In this document: piece after piece, positions 1 to 11,049 of the stretch | Numbering within the stretch: position 1 is the stretch's first letter | How the letters are laid out: each line of letters opens with the position of its first letter | DNA from: Thraustochytrium aureum | Taxonomy: Eukaryota | NCBI GenBank assembly: GCA_012862495.1 | Contig: BLSG01000078.1 | Span: forward strand, 1-35,333 | DNA length: 35,333 nt | Direction of reading: 5' to 3' | Program-made: the position numbers and the translations under genes | Notes under the pieces: generated by a model | Databases searched by the model: none | What the model was told of the DNA's origin: nothing | The model's input: only the letters and a program-made list of their open reading frames with translations

Positions 1-925
1 GGCGCCTTCGCGTTCGCATTGGTAGCAGAGAATCAATCAATCTCGAAAAACCAACTCGGACTTCGGCGGAGCACTCACCGAGAGAGCAGCCCCCGCAGAA
101 CGCGAAAAGGCAAGCCCGGCTGCCGCCCCATTTGCTTGACGTTCGATTGACGTGCGTCTGGAGGATTCGGTCGCACCCTTCCTCGTCGAGTTCCGACGCC
201 CCGAGTTGCGGGACTCCTACCGGAACAGCACTAATGGTGCCCTCTCAACTCGATGCTCAGGACGATTCGCGGAAGAGGATGGGTTTGAGCTGCGCGGGAA
301 GGGAGGTTTCGGCCGGCCCCGGTGGTGGGTGGAGCGCCAATGGGACCAAGCGCACAAACACAAGAACAGATCGGGGAGCTAGCTGTCTTTGGACGACTGG
401 ATTCAACTGGTCATACTGAGCAAGGCGCGATCGCGTCCGTCGCGGCCGTCAACATCTAACACTACCCATCATTCCACGAAGGGTCTCTCGACCGCACGGC
501 CTCGTCTCCAAAGCAGAAGCGGCCACCAACTGGCTCGACTTTCGGCCATCTGGGAACGCTGCTTCTCACCTGACTCTGCTGCTGCAGTGGTCTGAGTCGT
601 CTTCACCTTAGCCTGCAGACCTGCCTCGAACATTGCAGCCAAACTCTGCGCGCATCGCCGTGCTGGAACGATTGTTTGAGTTGCGAACCAAGCCCGGAGG
701 ACCGCAACGGCCAGGTCTTTTGCTGCGCTCCCATAGTGGCGTGCTCGGTAGGTGCCGGTACGGCTCCCCGGCTCCAGGCAGGGACTACAACCTGTGGAGG
801 CCCAGGGAGCCCGCCGAATTGGCCAGGCTTTTAAAAAAGAGACGACCCCCACGAGGGCCCCCCTTGGCGGACGCCTCCGACAATACTCGTACCTGGCGTT
901 CTCGGATCGCGCGAATGCCACAGCA

Positions 926-978
926 CACCGTCGTACGAGAAGGCGCCCCACCGTCGTACGAGAAGGCGCCCCACCGTC
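926..978. repeat. 23-bp tandem duplication (2.3 copies of caccgtcgtacgagaaggcgccc)
   Basis: Read directly: identical units at 926-948 and 949-971, plus a partial copy at 972-978. Confidence 0.9.
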
Positions 979-1487
979 CTGCAGCGCATGGGCGTGCTGG
1001 AACGGTGTGCCACTCGGCCGTTCCCACAGCGCAGAACGATGGCCTGCATGTGTGTATGTATGTATGTACGTACACGAGCTGGTACAGATTTGCTACGAGG
1101 AGACACTCGGGCGTGCCACGTGTTCCTCCATCCAGCTCACCTGCCCCTCTTCGTCATCTGCACCCATCGCCTTCGCGTCGCTCGGAGCGCATTTGAAGTT
1201 GGCCTTCCGAGCCGTCTGCTTTTCGTCGATCAATCAATCAATCAAACTCTCAACGGTGCGCAACTAACCAACCCATTCACGACAAACCCGCTGGCGCTGG
1301 AGCGAGCGAGCGAGCGAGCGAAGACGGCCTGGGGCGCCGCATAGCCCAACTGAGCGCGGACGGGGGCGACGACCCTGCGACGACGCGCAACGGCTGAGGA
1401 TCGCGAGGTCTGCGGGTTCACATTAGTGTATTGGTGGCGGAGGATTGCCGCGCTGCGGCAGACGAGTGGACCTTCGGTTTCCACGGG

Positions 1488-2903
1488 ATGATGAAGACGG
1501 AGGCAGCGTGGCAGTGGCTCGGAGGGCTCTCTGCGCTGTGCGTGCTGCTGGCATACGCACAGAAAAGCTCGTCGGGGAGCGCGGCTGACAGAGAGCGAAC
1601 GGGGCAGGCGACCTCAGAAGCGACAACATTGAAGCGGCTGCACGTCAAATACTTGGGCGTGCACTTTTTGATCCGTCTCGCTGACTGGCTGCAGGGGACC
1701 AACATGTACACGCTGTACGTATCATACGGCGTGGACCCCGGCACGCTCTTCATGGTTGGGTTTGCCACCTCGGCGGTCTGCTCCACGTTTGTGGGACACT
1801 ACGTGGACCTGTACGGGCGCAAGCGCGCCTGTGTGGTGTACTGTCTACTGGAGATTGCAATTCAAGCCCTCGAGCACGTGCCTCAAATGCATGCGCTGCT
1901 CTTTGGCCGGGTCCTGGGCGGGCTCTCCACATCGATCTTGTTCTCAGCATTCGAGTCGTGGATCGTTACGGCGCATCGCCGCCGCGGGCTGCCGGAGCAC
2001 ACGCTCGAGCACATGTTTTCTGTGGCGAGCACTCTGAACGGGGGCTCTGCGGTCCTGGCCGGCCTCATCGCCCGACTAGCGTTCACGCACTTGGGGGAGA
2101 TAGGGCCCTTCCAGGTCTCGCTCGTCATTACCGCTGTGAGCTTGGTCTGGATCCTGGTCGATTGGGAGGAGAATACCGGCAGCACGGCTGTCGAGTCCAC
2201 TGCGTCGTCCAAGGACGGGCTAGACGCCCGTGCTTGCTCGGATGCCGAGCTGCTGCGAACCCCCGCCATAATTGGCGTCGCGCTCACGCAAGCCGGGTTT
2301 GAGGGCTGCATGTTCACGTTCGTCTTCGTATGGGTGCAGACGTTTTTGACTCTCGCGGACGCGGAATCGGACGGAGGCCGGCCCCCGATCGAGATCTTGT
2401 TCTCGTGCCTTATGGTTGCGCTCTCCATCGGAGGTCTAGTGTTTGACTCGATTCTCACGAGCGTGCCAACGCACTCAAAGGAGTGGATTGGGATCTTTGT
2501 GTTTCTCGCCTCGGCGCTCTCGATGGGCTGCGCCGGGCTCGTGCTGTCGGGAAACATGCCCAGCTTGGGGGGCTTGCCAGTGCCGCGACTGTCGCCGCAG
2601 TCGCTGATCATGCTCTCGTTCTGCCTATTTGAGGTCTGCGTGGGCATGTTTGACCCCTGGATTGCCATTATGCGATCCGTCCACGTCCCTAGCCGTGTGC
2701 TCGCGACGGTGATGACTCTTGCGCGCGTCCCGCTCAACGTGATGGTGGGTATGGGCGTGCATTTGACTGAAAACTACAACTTGGTCACGGTCTTTGCCGT
2801 GCTGGCCGTATTGCACGGCACCTTTGCGGTTACCTGTGCGGGGACGCTGCTTATGCGCCCCGCTGGGGCCGCCGGAACCTCTGCAAAGGCGAAGGTGAGC
2901 TAG
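1488..2903 (+). CDS. MFS_5-family (MFSD5/MOT2-like) molybdate-anion transporter
   Basis: Uninterrupted ORF with first in-frame ATG at 1488 and many hydrophobic segments. Family-typical motifs: YLGVHFLIRLADWLQGTNMYTLY, GRVLGGLSTSILFSAFESW, FEGCMFTFVFVW, FEVCVGMFDP, RVPLN. Confidence 0.88.
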   Translation: MMKTEAAWQWLGGLSALCVLLAYAQKSSSGSAADRERTGQATSEATTLKRLHVKYLGVHFLIRLADWLQGTNMYTLYVSYGVDPGTLFMVGFATSAVCSTFVGHYVDLYGRKRACVVYCLLEIAIQALEHVPQMHALLFGRVLGGLSTSILFSAFESWIVTAHRRRGLPEHTLEHMFSVASTLNGGSAVLAGLIARLAFTHLGEIGPFQVSLVITAVSLVWILVDWEENTGSTAVESTASSKDGLDARACSDAELLRTPAIIGVALTQAGFEGCMFTFVFVWVQTFLTLADAESDGGRPPIEILFSCLMVALSIGGLVFDSILTSVPTHSKEWIGIFVFLASALSMGCAGLVLSGNMPSLGGLPVPRLSPQSLIMLSFCLFEVCVGMFDPWIAIMRSVHVPSRVLATVMTLARVPLNVMVGMGVHLTENYNLVTVFAVLAVLHGTFAVTCAGTLLMRPAGAAGTSAKAKVS

Positions 2904-3203
2904 CTCGTTTGTCGGCCGTGTGTGTGCGCCCTGCGGCGGGCGGCGTACTGCGAGGGCGCAGGCGCGCAGCACACAACTATGCACAGCGTCCACGCCGGGC
3001 AGCGATGTAGGCGCGCGACGCTGTACGGTGCAGCTTGCACGCCATGTCAGCGGCGCGGGCGCGGGAGAGATGCCCGCACCCGTGGAGATCTGCCCACCCC
3101 AGTGCCGCCGTAGTGATGCTCAAGGAGGACGAAAGCACGAGCCCCAACCATTGCCTGCGCTCGACCGGTGGTCGCTGCGCCAAAGCTCGATTTTTTGTGT
3201 AAG

Positions 3204-4815
3204 CTAAAAGTGAGGGTGCAGCGAAGCCGCATGCGCCTGCGTGCTCGCGTGCACCCGAGCCACTTGCCGCGACGTCAGCGATATGTCCTGCGAGAGCCGG
3301 CCAGCACTCTTTTCCAGCCACGTCAGCGACAAGTAGTGCTTGTTGAGGATCTGAAGCACAATAGACTCGCTCGACTCGGACTCTTTATGCCTGTGCGCTT
3401 TGTTGAGCTTTTCCACCACGTCCTTCATCTGCGTGCTCATGCTGTCCATCTGCCGCGTGAGCTCTGTGGCCTTGGTGTACGCCTCCTGGCGCGCCCGGTC
3501 CGCGTTCATGTCAAACCGGTCCGCGTAGTTGATCTCCAGCAGGTCGAGCTCCTTTTCGAGCTGCTCGAGCGAGGCGTGCAGGTCCACCTGCAAGTCGCAC
3601 ACGGAATCGAGGTCGGTGCGCAGCTCTGTGTGCGAAGTTTTGAGGATCTGCGCTTCTTTGGCAAGCTCTGTGATGCGCTTTTGGTTTTCCAGGAGAAGCT
3701 CGTCGCGCCGCTTGACCTGCTCGGCGGCCTTGGCAAAGTTGTCCACGTGCGACTGCAGCATCTGGTTCCACTTGGTCACGATTTGCTCGATCGTCAGTCC
3801 ATTGAGGTCCGCTTTGGCAGCGGTTGCGTCAGACTTGGCTTGCAGCTGGAGAGTGCTCGCCTGCTGCGTCGTGCTTTGACCTCCGCTGGCTTTGCTTCCG
3901 CCACTCGCAAACAGCGAGCCGCTACTGGAGTTTGCGTTGCTGCTGCTGTTCTCGCTCGAGCCGGCCCCGAAGAGTCCTGCGCCTCCAGGAGCCGCATCGG
4001 CCTTTTTTGCGTCACTGCTGTTGAAGGAGAACCCACTCGCACCGCTGCTTGATGGGCCAGCCCCGCCGAAAGAGAACGCGCCGCCGCTACTGCTGCTGTC
4101 GTTCTTGGTGGTGCTGCTATTTGAGCCTCCTGCGTCGCCTTTCTTGTCGCCGCCGAACAGGCCTCCGCCCGTTGCTGAGGGCGGTGCCGCAGCACCATCT
4201 TTGTTCTGGCCGCCACCAAACAGCCCCCCCCCACCACCGGCAGCTTGGCTGCTGCTCGGGGCCGCGGACCCTCCAACGGTACTTGCGGCGCTGCTGGCAG
4301 GTGGGGCGCCGAATGAGAAGCCCCCTGCTGCGCTTCCGCTTCCACCTCCGCCGGAGCCCCCGAACGAGAACGCGCCGCCAGAGCTGGCGCCTGCGTCTGG
4401 TTTCTTGGCATCGCCGCCCCCGCTTCCGCCGAGCGAGAACGCGCCGCCAGAGCTGGCGCCGTCAGCCTTCTTCCCATCGCTAGTTCCGCCGCCGAACAAG
4501 CCGCCGCCCGAGCTGCCGCCGCCGCTGCCGCCGCCGCTGTTGCTGTTTCCAAACGAGAAGGTCGAACCGGTTGTGTTGCTGTCTCCAGAGCCAGCGCTGC
4601 CGAAAAGACCGCCGCCCGACGAGCCCGCGGCCGCGCTTCCCCGCCAAAGCTGAACGGCGCGGCTCCGGCGCTCGTCTCCTTTTTCTCAGTTGCTCCCCCG
4701 AACGAGAACCCGCCGCCAGATGATGAGCCGGTCGTCCCGCCGCCACCGCCGAAGCTGAACGGCGCAGCTCCGGAGCTCGAAGAGTCCTTCTTCTCTGCCA
4801 CGCCTCCGAACAAAA
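3204..4815 (-). CDS. NUP62: FG-repeat nucleoporin Nup62/Nsp1 (5' end in gap; one apparent frameshift at ~4640)
   Basis: FSFG/GLFG repeats are followed by an Nsp1_C-like coiled coil (TIEQIVTKWNQML...ADRARQEAYTKATEL...IVLQILNKHYLSLTWLE). Adding one G at the run 4639-4642 joins the FG repeats of ORF 3794..4813 to ORF 3204..4499. Confidence 0.9.
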
Positions 4816-5775
4816 NNNNNNNNNNNNNNNNNNNNNNNNNNNNNNNNNNNNNNNNNNNNNNNNNNNNNNNNNNNNNNNNNNNNNNNNNNNNNNNNNNNNN
4901 NNNNNNNNNNNNNNNNNNNNNNNNNNNNNNNNNNNNNNNNNNNNNNNNNNNNNNNNNNNNNNNNNNNNNNNNNNNNNNNNNNNNNNNNNNNNNNNNNNNN
5001 NNNNNNNNNNNNNNNNNNNNNNNNNNNNNNNNNNNNNNNNNNNNNNNNNNNNNNNNNNNNNNNNNNNNNNNNNNNNNNNNNNNNNNNNNNNNNNNNNNNN
5101 NNNNNNNNNNNNNNNNNNNNNNNNNNNNNNNNNNNNNNNNNNNNNNNNNNNNNNNNNNNNNNNNNNNNNNNNNNNNNNNNNNNNNNNNNNNNNNNNNNNN
5201 NNNNNNNNNNNNNNNNNNNNNNNNNNNNNNNNNNNNNNNNNNNNNNNNNNNNNNNNNNNNNNNNNNNNNNNNNNNNNNNNNNNNNNNNNNNNNNNNNNNN
5301 NNNNNNNNNNNNNNNNNNNNNNNNNNNNNNNNNNNNNNNNNNNNNNNNNNNNNNNNNNNNNNNNNNNNNNNNNNNNNNNNNNNNNNNNNNNNNNNNNNNN
5401 NNNNNNNNNNNNNNNNNNNNNNNNNNNNNNNNNNNNNNNNNNNNNNNNNNNNNNNNNNNNNNNNNNNNNNNNNNNNNNNNNNNNNNNNNNNNNNNNNNNN
5501 NNNNNNNNNNNNNNNNNNNNNNNNNNNNNNNNNNNNNNNNNNNNNNNNNNNNNNNNNNNNNNNNNNNNNNNNNNNNNNNNNNNNNNNNNNNNNNNNNNNN
5601 NNNNNNNNNNNNNNNNNNNNNNNNNNNNNNNNNNNNNNNNNNNNNNNNNNNNNNNNNNNNNNNNNNNNNNNNNNNNNNNNNNNNNNNNNNNNNNNNNNNN
5701 NNNNNNNNNNNNNNNNNNNNNNNNNNNNNNNNNNNNNNNNNNNNNNNNNNNNNNNNNNNNNNNNNNNNNNNNNNC

Positions 5776-7762
5776 GAGTTTGTTGCTCATACGCTGCTGC
5801 GCGGGGTCGACGGCGGCGTGCTGACGCCCTCCTCGCGCAAGATCAAATACCGATGGTTTCGGTCGAACACGGCGCGGACCTGCGCGTTTGCCGAGTGCCC
5901 CACGAAGAGGCGCGTGGCCAAGCTCCAGAGCTTGGTGAACGGGAAACGGTACTGCTGCGGCGCGTGCATGCTCGGCGACTGGAAGGGCTCGGACGCGCGC
6001 TCGGTGCTCGGCGAGATGCTACGCCCTGCGCAGGCGGACGAAGCCGGGGAGCGCGACGGCGAGGCTTACGCGGCTCTGTGGCGCATCAAGCAGTTCGAGG
6101 AGGACCAAGGGTGGGCCCAGGTCGGTGCCGACAAGATGTACATGCCCACGAGCGCGGACGTCGGCCATGTGCTCAAGGTAGAATGCAGCGCAGTTGCGCC
6201 AGACGGGAGCGTCTCGGTCTGCTCCGAGTCCAAGGAAACCACTGCAGTTGTGGGCCTCTCCTCCCCGCACGCGCGGCTGCTGAACCGCGAGCTCGTCTTG
6301 GCCGAAGCCGTCCAACGCAAGGGCTCTGTGGACGCCTTCCTCAAGAGCGAGGGCGGCGGCGCCGTGCTGCGTGTCATGTCGTACAACCTCCTGGCCGAGG
6401 TCTACGCAACACGGCAGTTGTACCCTTACTGCCCGCTGTGGGCAATCAACTGGGGCTACAGGCGGCAGCTGATTCTCAAGGAGCTCGAGCGCCACGACGC
6501 AGACGTGCTGTGCCTGCAGGAGATGCAGGCCGACCACTTTGATACCTACCTGAAACCCCAGCTGGCTTGCCGCGGCTACGACGGCGTGTTCAAGTCAAAA
6601 ACGCGCGAGTCGATGGGGCGCAAGGGCAAAATCGACGGCTGCGCAATCTTGTACAAATCGGCCCGACTGCGCCTCCTCGACACCAAGGACGTGGAATACA
6701 ACACGATCGCGATCAACTTTGCCGCTGCGGTGGGCTGCACCAGGCCGAGCTCAGTCGGAGCGAGAACGAGAGGCGTTCGGGGCTTGTCCTGAAGCGGATG
6801 TGCCGCGACAACATCGGCCTCATCTGCGTGTTCGAGACCATTCCAGAGGGGTTTGCTGACGCCGCACCCGCCGTGCATGCAGCTGCCAAACAGGCTGGTC
6901 CGCAGCAGATCTGCGTTGCGACGACACACATCTTTTGGGACCCAGAGTACGCTGACATCAAGTTTTGGCAGACGCACGCCATGCTCGAGGAGATTGGCAA
7001 TGTTGTCGGCTCAGAGATGCCCTTGATTTTCACGGGCGACTTTAATAGCACGCCCGACAGCGCCGTGGTGCAGTTTATTGCCAACGATGCGGTGGACCCG
7101 GGCCACCCGGACCTGCAGACAGACCCGTTCGACATCTTGCCGCAGCTCACCATGATGAACCACAACCTGCAACTGAGCAGCGCGTACGAGATGGTGAGCG
7201 GCGCAGAGCCGGCCTTCACCAACTACACGGCGCACTACTCGGGCGTGCTGGACTATGTCTGGCTCAGCACCAACAACCTCACGCCGCTGGCGGTCCTCGC
7301 GGTTCCGAGCGAGGAGGTCTTGCGCGGCGAGGACGATACGCACATGCCAAACGCCAACTTTCCGTCGGACCACGCTTCGCTCTGCGTCGACGTCAACATC
7401 ACCCGCGGGGGCGTGTGCGAAGCAGGCCGTCGACGCCAACGCCGCCTTCGCCGTCATTGTCGCCCCCCCTTGCCATGTCGCCCTCGTACGAGCAGATGCA
7501 CCAGTACCACATGCACCAGCACCACCATCAGCAGCAGGCGCACTTGAACCACCACCAGCAACGCATGGGGATATCCTCGAACAAGGCGATGCACTCACCC
7601 AACCCGGCTATGCTGGGCGGCGGGGGCCAACGTGGCGCCGGAGCACAGCAGTCTTATCTGCTTCAGCAAGAAGGCCGCAACTCCCCCATCCCTGCACCCG
7701 CTGTCGCACACACAAATGCTGATGCAACAGCAGCAGCAACAGCAGCAGCAGCAAATGCACAT
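5776..7762 (+). CDS. CCR4: CCR4/CNOT6-family EEP deadenylase with plant-type N-terminus; both ends in gaps; apparent frameshifts at ~6730, ~7410, ~7685
   Basis: EEP motifs VMSYNLLAEVY, DVLCLQE, DGCAILYK, ATTHIFWDPEYADIK, GDFNSTPDS, FTNYT..YSGVLDY, FPSDH. The N-terminal KYRWFR..C..C..CC..C..W and YMPTSADVGHVLKVEC segments resemble Arabidopsis CCR4a/b. Spread over ORFs 5818, 6567, 7415 and 7632. Confidence 0.87.
7725..7754 (+). repeat. CAG/CAA trinucleotide repeat (poly-Q), probably in the CCR4 C-terminal tail
   Basis: caacagcagcagcaacagcagcagcagcaa immediately before the gap. Confidence 0.85.
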
Positions 7763-8154
7763 NNNNNNNNNNNNNNNNNNNNNNNNNNNNNNNNNNNNNN
7801 NNNNNNNNNNNNNNNNNNNNNNNNNNNNNNNNNNNNNNNNNNNNNNNNNNNNNNNNNNNNNNNNNNNNNNNNNNNNNNNNNNNNNNNNNNNNNNNNNNNN
7901 NNNNNNGTACCGAATTTACTAGTACCTAAACGCGCTCGTGAGACCGTCATTGCTTTGTTTGTCTGCAAGCTTTCCATTACGTTGACCCTGGGCTTTCGCG
8001 AGCTTGCGGGGAGAAAATGTAGAAAAAAAGGAACCTAGCGGGCGTCGTTTGACAAAAACGCCAGAGAAACAGGTCTCCCGGCAGGCGCGGGCGCCGCGAG
8101 CAGCTTCTCATAGCACCTCCCAGGCTGGACTATCGAGCGCCTGCGGCTACGTCG

Positions 8155-9495
8155 CTATGGTCTGACTACCTTGATTTGCCTGGATGTGATCACCTTGCCC
8201 TTAAAACGCGTCACCACCAAGCCCTTCCACATGTCCTTCGGACAGGCGCGCGGAATGCACAGCGAGGTCTGCGGATCGCCCAAGAGCGGCTTACCAGCTG
8301 TCGATCCGATACGAAGCAGTTGGACTCACGCAGGTCCAGGAATGTGCGACCTGTGACCTGCTCTTGCAGATGAGGTCTGCAGCGGGCTCCTCCGGTTCAC
8401 ACATCAGTGGCGTCTTTCTGCCCCAGCGCCGAATCCGCGGACCTTGTCGAGAATAATCTGCGCGGTCTCGTTTGACACGATCTGGTAACCCTTGAACTCC
8501 CGGCGAGCTTGGACAGGATGGGAGGCCTCGGTCCAGTTCCGGCGGTTCAAAACGTCATTTCCCGTTACCGAGTGGATGCGATGCCACTCCAGTCCGAGAA
8601 AGTCGGCAATCCTCTGCACGTGCTCAGGGGTGGGCTTGAGTGTGTTTGCGAACTGGATGTCGAGGACGTCTTCCATCAGGTACCAGCTGTGCACTGTGTC
8701 GACCCACCGCCTGATCACGTAGTTGAGGAATTTGCCTTTCATGTACTCGTCAAAGCTGACATGGCGAAACTTGGCATCGTACGTCTGCCGGTACTGGTAC
8801 ATGGACACCACCACATCAAAGATATTGCGATGCGGGTGCACGATCTTGCCGGTCCTGCGCATCCAGTTCAAGCACTTGCACTTGAGCTCTTCGCCGGTCG
8901 CCGCTGGATGGTTGGTCTTCATGATAACCATATCTTGCTCGAACACGTTGAAGATCATGTCCATCGTCGCGTGCGTTCCCGAGCGGCGATTTGACACGAC
9001 AAACACGGTCGGCAGACGCTTGACCGGCTCGCAATCCTTTTTCGAGCTCGAATACCCGCGCGGGACCAGCTCTTTTAACTTGCCATCCAGCGCTGGGACG
9101 TCGTCCCCCACACCGTGCTCGCGCTCTAGCGCCTCGAGCGAGCCCTTCTGCAGCTTTTCTGCAGGTGTGAGCCCGGCGATTGTGTACACAACAGCTTGCC
9201 CGTCAACTGCGTCCAGCCAGCTCTTGCTTTCATACGACCTGAGGCTGAACAACATCAGCCCCACGGAGGCCGTCAGGAAGGCAAACGCCAAGCGCATCCA
9301 GCTAGCGCCGAAACGCTGAAGCCCGCCCATCAGCAGGTCCGCGTCGGCGTCCGTGCCCGGCTCCGCCGCGTCGCCGCCTCTCCGGCTGCCCTCGAGCAGG
9401 GCGCTGGTGCGCTTCGAGTTGGTTTGCCCAAAGCCAGGCACATCCTCAAGCGCAACCTTCCGCCCCGCTCTTGCCGCCCACCCGAGCGCGTCCAT
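8155..9495 (-). CDS. Type-II membrane sulfotransferase-family protein, paralog A (C-terminus extends past the 8404 stop via three 1-nt slips)
   Basis: N-terminal TM (LAFAFLTASVGLMLFSL), 5'-PSB loop VFVVSNRRSGTH and 3'-PB motif HRNIFDVVVSMY. Downstream segments RWGRK and LCIPRACP..VVTR match the C-terminus of paralog B. TAG at 8157-8155. Confidence 0.78.
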
Positions 9496-9897
9496 CGCGC
9501 GTCTCGCAGCGCGCTTCGCCGCCGCGCCGCCACGCCTTCGCGCACTGGAGAGAATCGCGACGCCGCGGATAGATCTTCTGGTTCACTGTCACTGGCTCCT
9601 GACTCGCTCCAGGGTCAGCCCAGAAGACTCGTCGTTTTCATCGTTGCTGGCTCGGCGTTGATCGTTTCGCCCGATTGCCACGCCCAAGCGCCCAGCAGGC
9701 CCCGCGTCGTGGGACGCTGTCCGCCGAGGGCCACGCAAGGCGAGACTTGAGCCGCACGCTGCGTGCGTACAAACGGCATGGAGGAGGCAGCGGGCTGCCG
9801 ATTGGCTGCAACGAGAATGGGGCGGCCTGCCTGTCCCACGCTGGGCTCCTTCGAGTTTGTCCGAATGCACCCAGACTCCCTCCTTGCCGCGAAGGGA

Positions 9898-10150
9898 TCG
9901 GATCCTCTTGGGTCATCCGCCTGCCACGGCCGCTGCCAGACGCGCTTCAAAGGACTCGGATCCTCTTGGGTCATCCGCCTGCCGCGGCCGCTGCTGCCAG
10001 ACGCGCTTCAAAGGACTCGGATCCTCTTGGGTCATCTGCCTGCCGCGGCCGCTGCTGCCAGACGCGCTTCAAAGGACTCGGATCCTCTTGGGTCATCCGC
10101 CTGCCACGGCCGCTGCTGCCAGACTCGGACGCGCTTCATCAGAGGACTCG
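9898..10150. repeat. Minisatellite, ~4 copies of a 58-61 bp unit (tcggatcctcttgggtcatccgcctgccrcggccgctgctgccagacgcgcttcaaaggac)
   Basis: Units start at 9898, 9956, 10017 and 10078. They are near-identical, with no unique spacers. Confidence 0.93.
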
Positions 10151-11049
10151 ACGTACAGTAGGCCTGCTTTGATTGATGGAGCAGAGGACTCGATCGCTGA
10201 CGACTCGACACGCTCATCAAAAAACCTACGCGCACGCTGTCCGCAAGGCGTAGGGAGGCCGCCCGAGCATTTTGGGGGGTAGACTAGCGACGGCGACGAG
10301 TGTAGCGAGTAGGCACTTTGGTTCCGGCTTCCCCACCGACACGACAGCCAGCGGAGGCGCGACCGCCAAACCATCGACGAAACGGCCCTGCCGAACCTCG
10401 TGGTGGTAGAGCAGCAGCAACACAAAACCTGACGGAGGGCAGACAGCCTTGCGGCGTTGACACGAGGCCTCCGCGACAAACGCGCTGCTGACCACCTCCA
10501 CAGCGCAGTAGAGGAGTAGAGTAGAGTACCGCTCCCGCCTGTGACCATTGGGGCGCACCCGTCTCTGCTCGAGCAAAGGAAGCCCGCNNNNNNNNNNNNN
10601 NNNNNNNNNNNNNNNNNNNNNNNNNNNNNNNNNNNNNNNNNNNNNNNNNNNNNNNNNNNNNNNNNNNNNNNNNNNNNNNNNNNNNNNNNNNNNNNNNNNN
10701 NNNNNNNNNNNNNNNNNNNNNNNNNNNNNNNNNNNGCTCTGCTCGCAGCCGCGCAACTCCGGCTCCGCCTCGCCCCGCCAAGGCTCGGCTGGCTTGCGCG
10801 GTCGCGGTGGGCGGGCGCGCCTCGCGAGCTCGTTTTTGTCGCCGGGAGATTCCATTAGCAAGGGAAGTTTCCGTCCTTGCCGTGCCACGAGCGCCGTCTC
10901 GCACAGGTCGGGCAGTCCACCAAGACGACGGAGGGAGGCAGTCTCGCAGGCTGCGCTCGCGTTGAATGCGTGCGTGCGGACGTGCGAGCAGGCGAGCGGG
11001 CGCGAGTGGGCCTCACGCTTCGTGATTTGGCCGCCCGAAAAGGTCGGCG

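Noticed and set aside
1..950. Possible spliced minus-strand gene (ATG at 633, donor-like GTGAG at ~568 and ~78) and several short ORFs
   Set aside because: No recognisable domain, and I could not build a convincing exon chain. It may be the 5' end of a gene outside the window.
3168..4653. Long plus-strand ORFs (294 aa and 253 aa) opposite Nup62
   Set aside because: Antisense shadows of a GC-rich coding strand. The same applies to 1883..2737, 16219..17472, 27658..29151 and 32856..34094.
9898..10150. CRISPR-like periodicity (~61 bp)
   Set aside because: The whole unit repeats with no unique spacers, there are no cas genes, and the context is eukaryotic.
9675..10282. Three overlapping repetitive ORFs across the minisatellite
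   Set aside because: Unit length is not a multiple of 3, so the peptides simply rotate through frames.
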